A DNA stretch of 64,000 nt from an uncultured Syntrophaceae bacterium (GTDB lineage: Bacteria > Desulfobacterota > SM23-61). Both the position numbers and the translations under genes were made by a program. Location of the stretch: the NCBI GenBank assembly GCA_964484485.1, contig CAZAGD010000065.1, forward strand, positions 7,490 to 71,489. The letters are read 5' to 3'. Below are positions 49,897 to 58,604 of this stretch, one piece after another. Each line of letters starts with the position of its first letter. The stretch's first letter is position 1. The notes under the pieces are model-generated. The model worked only from the letters and a program-made list of their open reading frames with translations. It did no database searches and was not told the DNA's origin.

Positions 49897-51336
49897 ATGA
49901 AAAGGGAAAAAAGTTTTCACATGGATCCCGATGAATTTCGCCGGTGGGGATATGCCGTAATAGACTGGATTGCTGATTACTATAAACGCGTCGAGTCGCT
50001 ACCGGTCTTATCTCAAGTTCAACCGGGTGAGATTCGCGCTAAACTCCCTCCTCATCCCCCGCGACAAGGCGAACCATTTTCCCAAATTCTGGCGGATCTG
50101 GAGCAGATCATTCTACCCGGGATTACCCATTGGCAGTCCCCTAAATTTTTTGCCTATTTCCCAGCTAATTCCTCTGGGCCTTCTGTATTAGGGGAACTCT
50201 TGGCTGCAGGCTTGGGAGTACAAGGAATGCTCTGGTCAACGAGTCCGGCTTGCACAGAGTTGGAAACACATGTATTAGATTGGTTAGTTGATCTTTTGGA
50301 TTTGCCCCAAAAATTTAAATCCTCCAAAAGTGGGGGTGGAGTAATCCAAGATTCAGCTTCCAGCGCGGCTCTTTGCGCTATCTTAGCGGCGCGCGAGCGG
50401 GCCACCAATTATTTGACTAATGAACGAGGATACACCGGAAAGCTGATCGCCTATGCTTCTACCCAAACCCATTCTTCCATTGAGAAAGGGGTGAAGATCG
50501 CGGGGATAGGTAGGGAAAATTTACGTTTAATAGATGTGGATAAAAATTTTGCTATGCGCCCCGATTTGTTAGCCGGGCAGATTAAAAAAGATCGAGAAGC
50601 AGGTTTGCTTCCTTTCTTTGTTTGTGCTACGGTAGGGACTACTTCCTCTAATGCCCTTGACCCCCTGGCGGAAATTGGGCCCATATGTCAGCAAGAAGGG
50701 CTTTGGTTGCATGTGGATGGCGCCATGGCTGGGACGGCAGCCCTTTGCCCAGAATTTCGCTACATCCATGCCGGCTTGGAATTCGCGGATAGCTATTGTT
50801 TTAACCCGCATAAATGGATGTTTACTAATTTTGATTGTGATTGTTTCTTCGTTGTCGATCGCCAAATTTTGATCAAGGCTTTCAGTATTCTTCCGGAATA
50901 TTTGCGTAACCGAGCGTCCGAAAGTGGAACAGTATTTGATTATCGAGACTGGCAAATTCCTTTAGGAAGGCGTTTTCGCGCCCTGAAACTATGGTTTGTT
51001 ATCCGTCACTACGGCGTGGAAGGATTACAATATCATATTCGTCGGCACGTGGCCTTAGCCCAGGAGTTCGCCCAATGGGTCAGAGAAGATGAGCGTTTTG
51101 AGTTAGTGGTCCCTCCGCCTTTGAATTTAGTGTGCTTCCGGCATAAAGGGGGAGATATCCTAAACGAAAGGATTCTGAATCAAATAAACAAAAGTGGGGA
51201 TTTATTTTTGACCCATACAAAGTTAAACGAGAAAATTACTTTACGCCTGTGTGTAGGGCAAACCTACACCGAAGCTCGTCATGTGCGGGCGGCCTGGGAA
51301 AAGATTTCCCAAGTGGCTAATGATTTAGAAAAATAA
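49897..51336 (+). CDS. PLP-dependent group II decarboxylase (aromatic-L-amino-acid/tyrosine decarboxylase family)
   Basis: PLP-lysine motif NPHKWMFTNFDCD. Conserved HWQSP and DSASSAAL regions. 479 aa. Confidence 0.8.
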   Translation: MKREKSFHMDPDEFRRWGYAVIDWIADYYKRVESLPVLSQVQPGEIRAKLPPHPPRQGEPFSQILADLEQIILPGITHWQSPKFFAYFPANSSGPSVLGELLAAGLGVQGMLWSTSPACTELETHVLDWLVDLLDLPQKFKSSKSGGGVIQDSASSAALCAILAARERATNYLTNERGYTGKLIAYASTQTHSSIEKGVKIAGIGRENLRLIDVDKNFAMRPDLLAGQIKKDREAGLLPFFVCATVGTTSSNALDPLAEIGPICQQEGLWLHVDGAMAGTAALCPEFRYIHAGLEFADSYCFNPHKWMFTNFDCDCFFVVDRQILIKAFSILPEYLRNRASESGTVFDYRDWQIPLGRRFRALKLWFVIRHYGVEGLQYHIRRHVALAQEFAQWVREDERFELVVPPPLNLVCFRHKGGDILNERILNQINKSGDLFLTHTKLNEKITLRLCVGQTYTEARHVRAAWEKISQVANDLEK

Positions 51337-51348
51337 TAGATTCCCTAA

Positions 51349-51840
51349 CTAATCAAAATTAAAATCGACGGCAATTTTAATAATTTTGCTGGCGGGCAAA
51401 TTTAAGATTTTTTTAACCCCTGTTCGCCGCGATATCTCTTTTATAATTTTTTCAATTTTTTGCGCCGTTGGCGCAATCAAGGTAAACCAAATATTATAAT
51501 CTCCTGCCCGTTCATAATTATGGGTTACGCCGGGATAGGAATTAACTACTTCAATAAATTTCGGCAATTTCGCCATCGGTACTTTGGCCGCGCAAAGAGT
51601 GGAAGTAAAGCCCATAGCGCGGGCACTAAAACTGGCTCCCATCCGGCGAATAATGCCGGCAGCATGCATCCTCTGCACACGAGCAAAAATTTCCTTTTCT
51701 TTCAACTTTAATTTGCGAGCTAAAGCTAAATAAGGGCGGTGGGTTATGGGAAAATTTCTCTGGATTTCCTTAAGGATGAGCCGATCTTTTTGATCCAGAG
51801 TTAACCCTGGATCCACCGCAGATTCTTTCTTTCTTTCCAT
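51349..51840 (-). CDS. Lrp/AsnC-fold protein resembling siroheme decarboxylase subunits (AhbA/AhbB, NirD/L/G/H family)
   Basis: Start moved to the MERKK Met (51840), 14 bp after the upstream radical-SAM stop. The ORF-track start would overlap that gene by about 100 bp. HTH, then GVTHNYERAGDYNIWFTL, which I recall as typical of the NirDLGH/AhbAB lineage rather than classical Lrp. Confidence 0.5.
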   Translation of the reverse strand: MERKKESAVDPGLTLDQKDRLILKEIQRNFPITHRPYLALARKLKLKEKEIFARVQRMHAAGIIRRMGASFSARAMGFTSTLCAAKVPMAKLPKFIEVVNSYPGVTHNYERAGDYNIWFTLIAPTAQKIEKIIKEISRRTGVKKILNLPASKIIKIAVDFNFD

Positions 51841-51854
51841 CTTTGTCTTTTCTT

Positions 51855-53093
51855 TTAGCTTACGCAAATCAGTCCTTGATCGCGCCATTTGATAATCTCC
51901 CATGCCAAAACTTCCTGTTCTTTCCACCAACCATCTAATTTCTTTTTCTTTTCCCAATCTATTAAAGTATTTTTAGTCTGGTCATCTATGAGAGAAGGCT
52001 CTTTTAAAAAAAGGGGCGTACCGGGCAAAGGAAGAAAAGAATGAGCGTGAATCTTTGCCCCATACTCTTCAATCATGCGGGCAGCCAAATTTAAAGAAAG
52101 GAGACGATCAGTGCTACTCTCCTCCGGAAATCCAAAAATAAAATCAACATGAGGTGAAAAGCCTGCTTGACAAATTAACCTGACAGCTTCTAAAGCTCTT
52201 TCCGCAGTGTGTCCCCGATGCAGTTTTTGTAGTAAAGCATTACTTCCGGATTGCCCTCCTAAAACAATAGTGCGGTTATGACAAAATTTTTTAATGAGCT
52301 CCAGAACCTCCTTGGAGACCCAGTCTGGCCTTACTTCGGCGGGGAAAGAGCCGAAGTTAATCTTAGTATACCCAGCCTCTTGGCAAGCAGTAAACAGTTC
52401 TTTTAGGGCTGTTAAATTCGGTTGATGATCTTCTTTGGCTCCATAAGCCAAAGCGTTGGGCGATATGAAGGAGCAGCGTTGGTAACCATAGGTGGCTGCC
52501 TTTTGCAATTGTTGACTAAGGTTATCTAAATTTCTATGGCGCAGTGAATTTCCAAATATTCGAGGGGTCTGACAAAATGTGCAGCCATACGGGCAGCCGC
52601 GCGTAATTTCCAAGGGAGCAAAAAAATTTTCTTCGCTATAGAAAGGAGGGAAAGAAGGAACACACCATCCTTTTTTCTTGGGACGAACGATCCTTTCTGT
52701 TGGCAAACGTCCGGCAAAAAATTGCTCCACAAAATCCGGCCAGGTCTCCTCTGCTTCCCCCCAAAAAACGAAATCGAACCCTAATTTTAAAGTCCCTTGG
52801 GGATCAGCAGTAGCATGCGGACCGCCAGCAATAATGGTGATCTCATCCCGAAAATTTTTCCGCAAATCTTCTATCTCTTCCTCGACTTTCATTAACCAAG
52901 GAGTCATAAAAGAATATCCAATCAAGGTTATCTTAGGTAGTATTTTTTCTTTTATATCTTTCAGAGATTCTGCGGTCGTAATTTTTATTTTTCTGGTCCA
53001 GCCTCTTTCCTCCAGTCCCCCCATGAGGGTTGGTAGAGTATATCTATTCTCTCTTGTCCTCCGCAAGATCAAGGTTGGTTTTTCTACTTTCAT
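51855..53093 (-). CDS. B12-binding-domain radical SAM protein
   Basis: N-terminal Rossmann-like cobalamin-binding region. CPYGCTFC is a Cx3Cx2C radical SAM cluster. 412 aa. Confidence 0.7.
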   Translation of the reverse strand: MKVEKPTLILRRTRENRYTLPTLMGGLEERGWTRKIKITTAESLKDIKEKILPKITLIGYSFMTPWLMKVEEEIEDLRKNFRDEITIIAGGPHATADPQGTLKLGFDFVFWGEAEETWPDFVEQFFAGRLPTERIVRPKKKGWCVPSFPPFYSEENFFAPLEITRGCPYGCTFCQTPRIFGNSLRHRNLDNLSQQLQKAATYGYQRCSFISPNALAYGAKEDHQPNLTALKELFTACQEAGYTKINFGSFPAEVRPDWVSKEVLELIKKFCHNRTIVLGGQSGSNALLQKLHRGHTAERALEAVRLICQAGFSPHVDFIFGFPEESSTDRLLSLNLAARMIEEYGAKIHAHSFLPLPGTPLFLKEPSLIDDQTKNTLIDWEKKKKLDGWWKEQEVLAWEIIKWRDQGLICVS

Positions 53094-53332
53094 GACCTAT
53101 ATTTTATCTTTTGGACCTGCCCTCTTGTCAAAGTAAAATTAAATGAGTTCCTTCATCTCCCGTTGGAAGTGATTTTGAACTAAGAGCATAAAGCTACCTT
53201 ATGATCCCGAGAGTGGACCTCCTTGCCTCTTGGGCGACTAAGATTTAGATAAATAGTTAAGTTGGTCCAGGTTAAAAGAAATCTCTGAAAAATCTTTTTA
53301 AAAAATTTGTAGGTCAACTCTTTATAAACCGC

Positions 53333-53425
53333 TTGAGGTAAGGGACAAGCCCTTACCCTACAAATTTATTGGCCAGATGTTTTTTGTAGGGTAATCCCTT
53401 GTGGCCTACCGAATGAATATTAATG
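53333..53425. repeat. degenerate fragment of MITE family B (B4)
   Basis: GGTAAGGGACAAGCCCTTACCCTACAAA...TTTGTAGGGTAATCCCTTGTGGCCTACCGAATGAATATTAATGGGGAACA retains the hairpin architecture and a TIR-like end, at about 65% identity. Confidence 0.35.
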
Positions 53426-53545
53426 GGGAACAATTCCTTATCCTTAGCTCATGTGTCCGTATCTTCCAAGATGGCTCTTTACCTCACTCTCCCGTGCCAG
53501 AGTGTAGTTTATAATCACATTTTTCAAAGGTCTCTTAAAATTACT

Positions 53546-53662
53546 AACCGTCTAACAGTTTTAATATTTCTCGCCAGCAGGAAACAGGCGGGAGGGGGAG
53601 AGGCGAGCCTCTCTTCCTCCCGCCTGAATTAAGCTGAAATTTAAAAAATGATCGACGGTCAG
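53546..53662 (+). mobile_element. MITE family C, copy C2 (117 bp) with 11-bp target-site duplication
   Basis: TIRs aACCGTCtaaCAg ... tgaTCGACGGTcag. Internal hairpin CAGGCGGGAGGGGGAGAGGCGAG/CCTCTCTTCCTCCCGCCTG. Perfect direct repeat TTAAAATTACT at 53535-53545 and 53663-53673. Confidence 0.6.
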
Positions 53663-53674
53663 TTAAAATTACTC

Positions 53675-53703
53675 TTGACAGCTTTGCTAGTAAGATATAA
53701 TCT
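53675..53703 (+). promoter_or_regulatory. sigma70-like promoter for pal/ompA-like gene (TTGACA-17-TAATCT)
   Basis: -35 TTGACA at 53675-53680, within or adjacent to the right TSD of MITE C2. -10 TAATCT at 53698-53703. GGAAGAGG lies upstream of the start at 53749. Confidence 0.45.
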
Positions 53704-53748
53704 CAATTTATTGCATAAATCTTTTGGGTCAGGAAGAGGTCTGGAAGA

Positions 53749-54399
53749 ATGAAAAGAGGGATGATAATTTTTTTAGCAGTCATTTTTTGGGCATCTGTTT
53801 TAAATTTTGGTTGCAGCCAAAAAGTGATGCGCTCCGAAGAAACACCTTACCCCATCTCTCACCAGGAACCCCCAAAAGATACCAGACTTGCGCCGAAAGC
53901 AGTTACGCCCAGCCCACCACCTTCTTTTACCGCACCTGATATAGAAAAACAACGGAAAGATAAACCTTTAAAGGAGGAGACACTGGGAGCTCAGCCTTCC
54001 GCACCTCCACTCCTTAAAGAAGAATTAAAAAAAGAGAAAGAAACCCGCGAGGCAGCTCTAACCAGCATAGAATTAAAATCAATCTTTTTTGATTTTGACC
54101 AGGCCGTCATCAGGGAAGATCAAAAAGAAGTCATGTTGCAAAATGCACAATGGCTCAAAGCTCATCCCCAGGTGCGAGTAAGAATTGAAGGAAACTGTGA
54201 CGAAAGAGGAACAGCAGAATATAACTTAGCCTTAGGGCAGAGAAGAGCAGAAGCGGTAAAGGAATTTTTAGAAGGGCTGGGAATTGCTCCTACACGCATG
54301 CAAACAATTAGCTATGGCTTTGAACGTCCTTTAGACCCCGGTCATAATGAAGAAGCTTGGGCCAAAAATCGGCGAGTTGACTTTACTATTCTTAAATAA
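53749..54399 (+). CDS. pal: OmpA-family peptidoglycan-associated lipoprotein (Pal-like)
   Basis: Lipobox VLNFGC and a Pro-rich linker. C-terminal OmpA domain (NCDERGTAEYNLALGQRRAEAV...NRRV). Confidence 0.8.
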   Translation: MKRGMIIFLAVIFWASVLNFGCSQKVMRSEETPYPISHQEPPKDTRLAPKAVTPSPPPSFTAPDIEKQRKDKPLKEETLGAQPSAPPLLKEELKKEKETREAALTSIELKSIFFDFDQAVIREDQKEVMLQNAQWLKAHPQVRVRIEGNCDERGTAEYNLALGQRRAEAVKEFLEGLGIAPTRMQTISYGFERPLDPGHNEEAWAKNRRVDFTILK

Positions 54400-54470
54400 A
54401 GAGGTTGAAGAAAAGTCTTAAATTGTGGAGGCAAATTTTTTAATCATAAACCAGAAAGGAGGAAAATTTT

Positions 54471-54758
54471 ATGCCCATGACAAAAGCCCAGATTGTAAGT
54501 TATTTAGCAGAGAAAACTGGAGTAGCCAAAAAGCAAGCCGCGGCAATTCTTGATGAGCTTGCTGGCCTGGCGGCCAAAGTGATCAAAAAAGGTGATAAAC
54601 TTGCTCTTCCTGGATTTGTAACTGTAAAAGTGCAAAACCGCAAAGCGCGGATGGGTAGAAATCCGCAGACCGGGGAACCAATAAAGATTCCGGCGAAAAA
54701 AGTGGTGAAAGCCGTCCCCGCTGCTGCCTTAAAGTCAATATTAGCTCCCAAAAAATAA
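54471..54758 (+). CDS. hup: HU/IHF-family nucleoid-associated DNA-binding protein
   Basis: 95 aa. GFVTVKVQNRKARMGRNPQTGEPIKIPAKKVVK is the HU beta-arm signature. Confidence 0.85.
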   Translation: MPMTKAQIVSYLAEKTGVAKKQAAAILDELAGLAAKVIKKGDKLALPGFVTVKVQNRKARMGRNPQTGEPIKIPAKKVVKAVPAAALKSILAPKK

Positions 54759-54794
54759 AATTTATTTTTCCGCTATTTTTATAACAGACTTGGG

Positions 54795-54850
54795 CCAGAA
54801 GAGGCGAATTTTATATGCCCTTCTGGCTCAAGATTTTTTTAAACTTCTGG
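54795..54850. terminator. bidirectional rho-independent terminator between convergent hup and maoC-like genes
   Basis: Stem GGCCAGAAGAGGC / GCCCTTCTGGC, followed by AAGATTTTTTTAAA. An A-rich run on the other side serves the minus-strand gene. Confidence 0.5.
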
Positions 54851-54865
54851 AGGAGAAAATTTGCT

Positions 54866-55315
54866 TTAACTCCTCTTGATCATAAGCGTCTTGTACCCCG
54901 ATTGGACTACTACCTCTCCTTCTTTTTTTATGATTTGTAAAAAGAGCTTAATTATCCCCCTATCTGGTTTGCTCTTACTGGGAATCTTTTCTACTACTTT
55001 AGCTTTTACATAAATAGTCTCACCAAAAAATAAGGGGGCCTCAAATTTCCACGAATCGATACCTAAAAAAGCAATTGCGGTGCCCTCCAGATATCCGGTG
55101 CGGAACAGTAAACCATGGGAAATAGCCAACCCTAACAATCCATGGACAATCCTTTGTCCAAATTGACTATTTTTCATAAAAGCTTCACTGGTATGTAGTT
55201 CATTATAATCTCCGCTCATAGCTGCAAACATGACTACATCCGTCTCCGTAACAGTTCTACTGGGAGTAATAAATTCTTCATTTAGCTGCCATTCATCAAA
55301 TAATTTTCCAGTCAT
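54866..55315 (-). CDS. MaoC-like (R)-specific enoyl-CoA hydratase / hot-dog fold dehydratase
   Basis: 149 aa. NELHTSEAF...RIVHGLLGLAISHG is the MaoC/PhaJ hot-dog motif. Confidence 0.75.
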   Translation of the reverse strand: MTGKLFDEWQLNEEFITPSRTVTETDVVMFAAMSGDYNELHTSEAFMKNSQFGQRIVHGLLGLAISHGLLFRTGYLEGTAIAFLGIDSWKFEAPLFFGETIYVKAKVVEKIPSKSKPDRGIIKLFLQIIKKEGEVVVQSGYKTLMIKRS

Positions 55316-55412
55316 AACTTAATCTCCTTAATATTTTGCTTTATATTATCACCATCAAGATTTTAAGCGTTTGGCCTCCCTAAAGCAATTTTTTAAAAAA
55401 ATTAACCTAAAC

Positions 55413-56414
55413 TTATTTTCTCTTTTCTAAGGCGGCAATTAATTTCGGCAGAATTTGGCGAAAATCAGCCACTATACCCAAGTCAGCATTCTGGAAAATG
55501 GCCGCTTTAGGATCATTATTTATGGCAATTATAGTCTTGGCCTCTTGAATACCAACCACATGCTGAATAACGCCCGATATGCCCACCCCAATATATAACT
55601 TGGGCCGAATAGTTTTCCCGCTTTGGCCGATCATCTGTTCTTCCCTTATCCACCCCTCATCTAAGGGTGGACGTGTTCCTCCTACAGTTCCCTGTAAGAC
55701 TTCAGCTAACCGTTCGACTAGTTTCCAATCTTCTCGATTACCGATACCTGCTCCCCCGGCTACAACTATTTCTGCTTCTTCTAATGAACAAGTAAATTCC
55801 TTAGCCCGCTCAACTTTAAGGACCTTCTGGCGTAAATCGGCGGGGTTTAATTCCACAGGTACCTCTTCGATTACAGGAGTTTTTTCATGCCCAATTGCTC
55901 GACGGTAGACTCCAGGACGCACGGTAGCCATCTGGGGAAGATGACGCGGACAAAGAATAGTGGCCATCACTTGGCCGCCAAAAGCAGGCACCACTTGTTT
56001 GAGTTTCCCTTTTTCATCAATATCCAATTGCGTACAATGAGCTGAAAGTCCCGTACGAACGCGCGCCGCCAGCCTGGCCGCCAAATCTGATCCCACAGTA
56101 GTAGCCGGCAAAAGAAATACTTCTGGCCTTTTTTTCATAATTAACTGACTGATAACTCTGGTATAAGGAAGGGTTAAATAGTTTTCTAAACAGGGATGAT
56201 CGGCTAATAAAACTTTTTCTACCCCAAACGAGAAAAGAGAATAAGCCAAATCTCTTATCTTATGCCCCAGAAGAATAGCTATAATCTCTGCTTGATCCAG
56301 TTTCTGCGCCAGAAAACCGGCAGCCTGCAGAAGTTCAAAAGAAACTTCCGCAATACAACCCTCTTGTTGTTCTATAAAAACCCAGATTTCTTTTTTCGCC
56401 TGCAGATCTTTCAT
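55413..56414 (-). CDS. etfA: electron transfer flavoprotein alpha subunit
   Basis: 333 aa. FAD-binding C-terminal domain (PKLYIGVGISGVIQHVVGIQEAKTIIAINNDPKAAIFQNADLGIVAD). Confidence 0.85.
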   Translation of the reverse strand: MKDLQAKKEIWVFIEQQEGCIAEVSFELLQAAGFLAQKLDQAEIIAILLGHKIRDLAYSLFSFGVEKVLLADHPCLENYLTLPYTRVISQLIMKKRPEVFLLPATTVGSDLAARLAARVRTGLSAHCTQLDIDEKGKLKQVVPAFGGQVMATILCPRHLPQMATVRPGVYRRAIGHEKTPVIEEVPVELNPADLRQKVLKVERAKEFTCSLEEAEIVVAGGAGIGNREDWKLVERLAEVLQGTVGGTRPPLDEGWIREEQMIGQSGKTIRPKLYIGVGISGVIQHVVGIQEAKTIIAINNDPKAAIFQNADLGIVADFRQILPKLIAALEKRK

Positions 56415-56449
56415 TTTTCTCGTCCTTCACCCAACTCTTTCCTTTCATT

Positions 56450-57241
56450 TTAGCCAATGGCCTGCCTTATCTTTTGGATGACTTCGGCAATTAACTCGTC
56501 TGGCTCCCCTTGGAGAATTACTCCTTTTCTTTTCATTTCCGGCATAAATATTTCCCCCGTCTGCGTGGGGGAACCAGAGAATCCAACTTCCTCTGGCTTT
56601 ATCCCTAACTCGCTAGCTCCCCAAATTGTCAGGGGCTTGTTCTCTGCCTCTAAGACGCCCATAAGAGAGATGAATCGGGGAGTGTTTATTTCTCGAGCCA
56701 CGGTGATTAGGGCCGGCAAGGAAGTCTCTAATATTCGGCAGCCGCCCTCCATCAAGCTCCGCGTATATAAAGCTCCTTCTTCTGTAAATTCTATGGCTAC
56801 GGTGCGGGTAATATGGGGAATGTCCAAAAATTCAGCTAACTGGGGACCCACATGGCCGGTAGATCCGTCTAAGCTCCATTCCCCGCAAATAATTAGGTCA
56901 AATTTGCCGATCTTTTTAATAGCTTTACTGAGCGCATAAGAAGTGGCCCAGGTATCAGATCCCGCAAAGGCGCGGTCGCTCAATAAATAAGCTTCATCCG
57001 CCCCCATAGCCAAAGTTTCCACTAAATTATCTCTCGCCCCTAGGGGGGCCATGGCTATGGTTCTAACTTTACCGCCATATTTTTCTTTAAGACGCAAACC
57101 TTCTTCCAAGGCTCGCTTATCCAAAGGCCCCAGAACACTGGGAATGCCCTCCCGCCGCAAAGCTTTGGTTATCGGATCCAATTGGATGCGCTCCCAGAAT
57201 TTTGGGTCTGGGGCCGGTTTTACACAGACAACAATATCCAT
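56450..57241 (-). CDS. etfB: electron transfer flavoprotein beta subunit
   Basis: 263 aa. Starts MDIVVCVKPAPD. ETF-beta fold. Confidence 0.85.
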   Translation of the reverse strand: MDIVVCVKPAPDPKFWERIQLDPITKALRREGIPSVLGPLDKRALEEGLRLKEKYGGKVRTIAMAPLGARDNLVETLAMGADEAYLLSDRAFAGSDTWATSYALSKAIKKIGKFDLIICGEWSLDGSTGHVGPQLAEFLDIPHITRTVAIEFTEEGALYTRSLMEGGCRILETSLPALITVAREINTPRFISLMGVLEAENKPLTIWGASELGIKPEEVGFSGSPTQTGEIFMPEMKRKGVILQGEPDELIAEVIQKIRQAIG

Positions 57242-57330
57242 TATTATTTTCTCCGCCTCAAGCGATTTTTTAACTTGGGGAGGCCGAGTCGAAACAATGC
57301 TCTAACCCAGCCTCTGCGCCAAGACCTCTT

Positions 57331-58473
57331 TTATTTAAATGAGGTAAGGGCTTTCCGAGCCATTATAATCCGCTGAATTTCTGAAGTTCCCGCCGAAGCA
57401 ATTAAAATTTCCGCATCTCGATAGTACCTTTGCACTGGGTATTCCATCATATAACCATAGCCACCGTGAATATCTACGGCCTTTTTCGCGCAACGTACAG
57501 CAGCTTCAGTAGCATAGAATTTGGCTAAAGCCATTTCTGTATCACAACGCAACTTTTGATCACGTAGCCAAGCAGCCCGGTAACAAAGTAAGCGGCTGGC
57601 TTCTAAATCAACATAAATATCAGAAATCAACCATTGAATTCCTTGATGCTGACTTATAGGCTTGCCGCCTAAGATCCGTTCATTGGCAAACTTTACGGAA
57701 GCTTCTAAACATGCCTGAATGAGCCCTAAACCACATCCGGCCATGCCGGCGCGGCCTACTTCGCTAATTCCGGCCATACATATTTTTAAGCCATCACCTT
57801 CGTTGCCTAAAAGGTTGGCGCGGGGAACAAGACAATTCTCCATGACGATCTCGCCCGTATTACATCCATGGAGACCAAATTTCTTCTCTTTACGCCCCAC
57901 TTTAAAACCGGGGAAGGATTTTTCGACTAAGAAGGCGCTAAATCCCTTAGGGCCTTCTCCAGTCTTCGCCATAATGGTTATGGTATCCGCCACATGTCCG
58001 TGAGTGATAAAACATTTTCGTCCGTTTAATACATAATGATCGCCTTCAAGTTTAGCCGTGCTCTGAATTCCGGTAGGATCTGATCCACCAGTGGCTTCAG
58101 TAACCGCGATAGTGGCCAAGCGTTCGCCCTTGGCCAGACTGGGCAAATATTTTTTCTTTTGCTCCTCATTGGCAAAATCTGTAAGCGGAGCAATGCCTAA
58201 ATGAAAAATCTGCATGGCCATGCCAATGGAGGCAGAAACCCGGGCTAATTCCTCGATCATGATCATCCGCGCTAAGTTGCCCAGGTTTGTTCCACCATAC
58301 TCTTTGGGAATCATTATGCCCATATAGAGCTGCTTGCCCATCTCCCGGTAAAGATCCCAAGGAACTTCATCAGTTTCTTCCATATGGGGAATGCGCGGAG
58401 CGACAGCCCCCTCAGCAAATTCTCTAATGCTCTTGCGCAATAATTCTAATTGGGGTGATAATTGGAAATCCAT
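57331..58473 (-). CDS. acyl-CoA dehydrogenase (short/medium-chain type)
   Basis: 380 aa. ACAD N-terminal, middle and C-terminal domains. Catalytic Glu region (YATEAAVRCAKKAVDIHGGYGY...E). Confidence 0.85.
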   Translation of the reverse strand: MDFQLSPQLELLRKSIREFAEGAVAPRIPHMEETDEVPWDLYREMGKQLYMGIMIPKEYGGTNLGNLARMIMIEELARVSASIGMAMQIFHLGIAPLTDFANEEQKKKYLPSLAKGERLATIAVTEATGGSDPTGIQSTAKLEGDHYVLNGRKCFITHGHVADTITIMAKTGEGPKGFSAFLVEKSFPGFKVGRKEKKFGLHGCNTGEIVMENCLVPRANLLGNEGDGLKICMAGISEVGRAGMAGCGLGLIQACLEASVKFANERILGGKPISQHQGIQWLISDIYVDLEASRLLCYRAAWLRDQKLRCDTEMALAKFYATEAAVRCAKKAVDIHGGYGYMMEYPVQRYYRDAEILIASAGTSEIQRIIMARKALTSFK

Positions 58474-58604
58474 TTGGTCCTCCTTTATAATTTTTTTCAG
58501 AGAAAAATTTTCTTCTTCTTGGAAAATGAATTAAATTTATACCATTTTACTTATTTGCTGACAAGCTTTTTGGTGGCGGGAAGTAAAAAATTTTTGCGTA
58601 ATAT

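Noticed and set aside
51349-51957. Long form (202 aa) of the AsnC-fold protein overlapping the radical SAM gene by about 100 bp
   Set aside because: An internal ATG at 51838-51840 gives a family-typical 163-aa protein and removes the overlap, so the short form is preferred.
53423-53632. 69-aa plus-strand ORF upstream of pal
   Set aside because: It spans the degenerate B4 fragment and MITE C2, which are repeat sequence and not coding.
14150-53680. Possibility that the dispersed repeats are a CRISPR array or its remnants
   Set aside because: Repeat units are 117-234 bp, not 24-48 bp. They are scattered over 50 kb in different orientations, not regularly spaced, and not separated by unique spacers of uniform length. 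No cas genes are present.
58166-58360. Small nested ORFs inside the acyl-CoA dehydrogenase and other large genes (e.g. 58166-58360, 6308-6858, 22174-23151)
   Set aside because: They overlap strongly supported genes in alternative frames and have no independent support.
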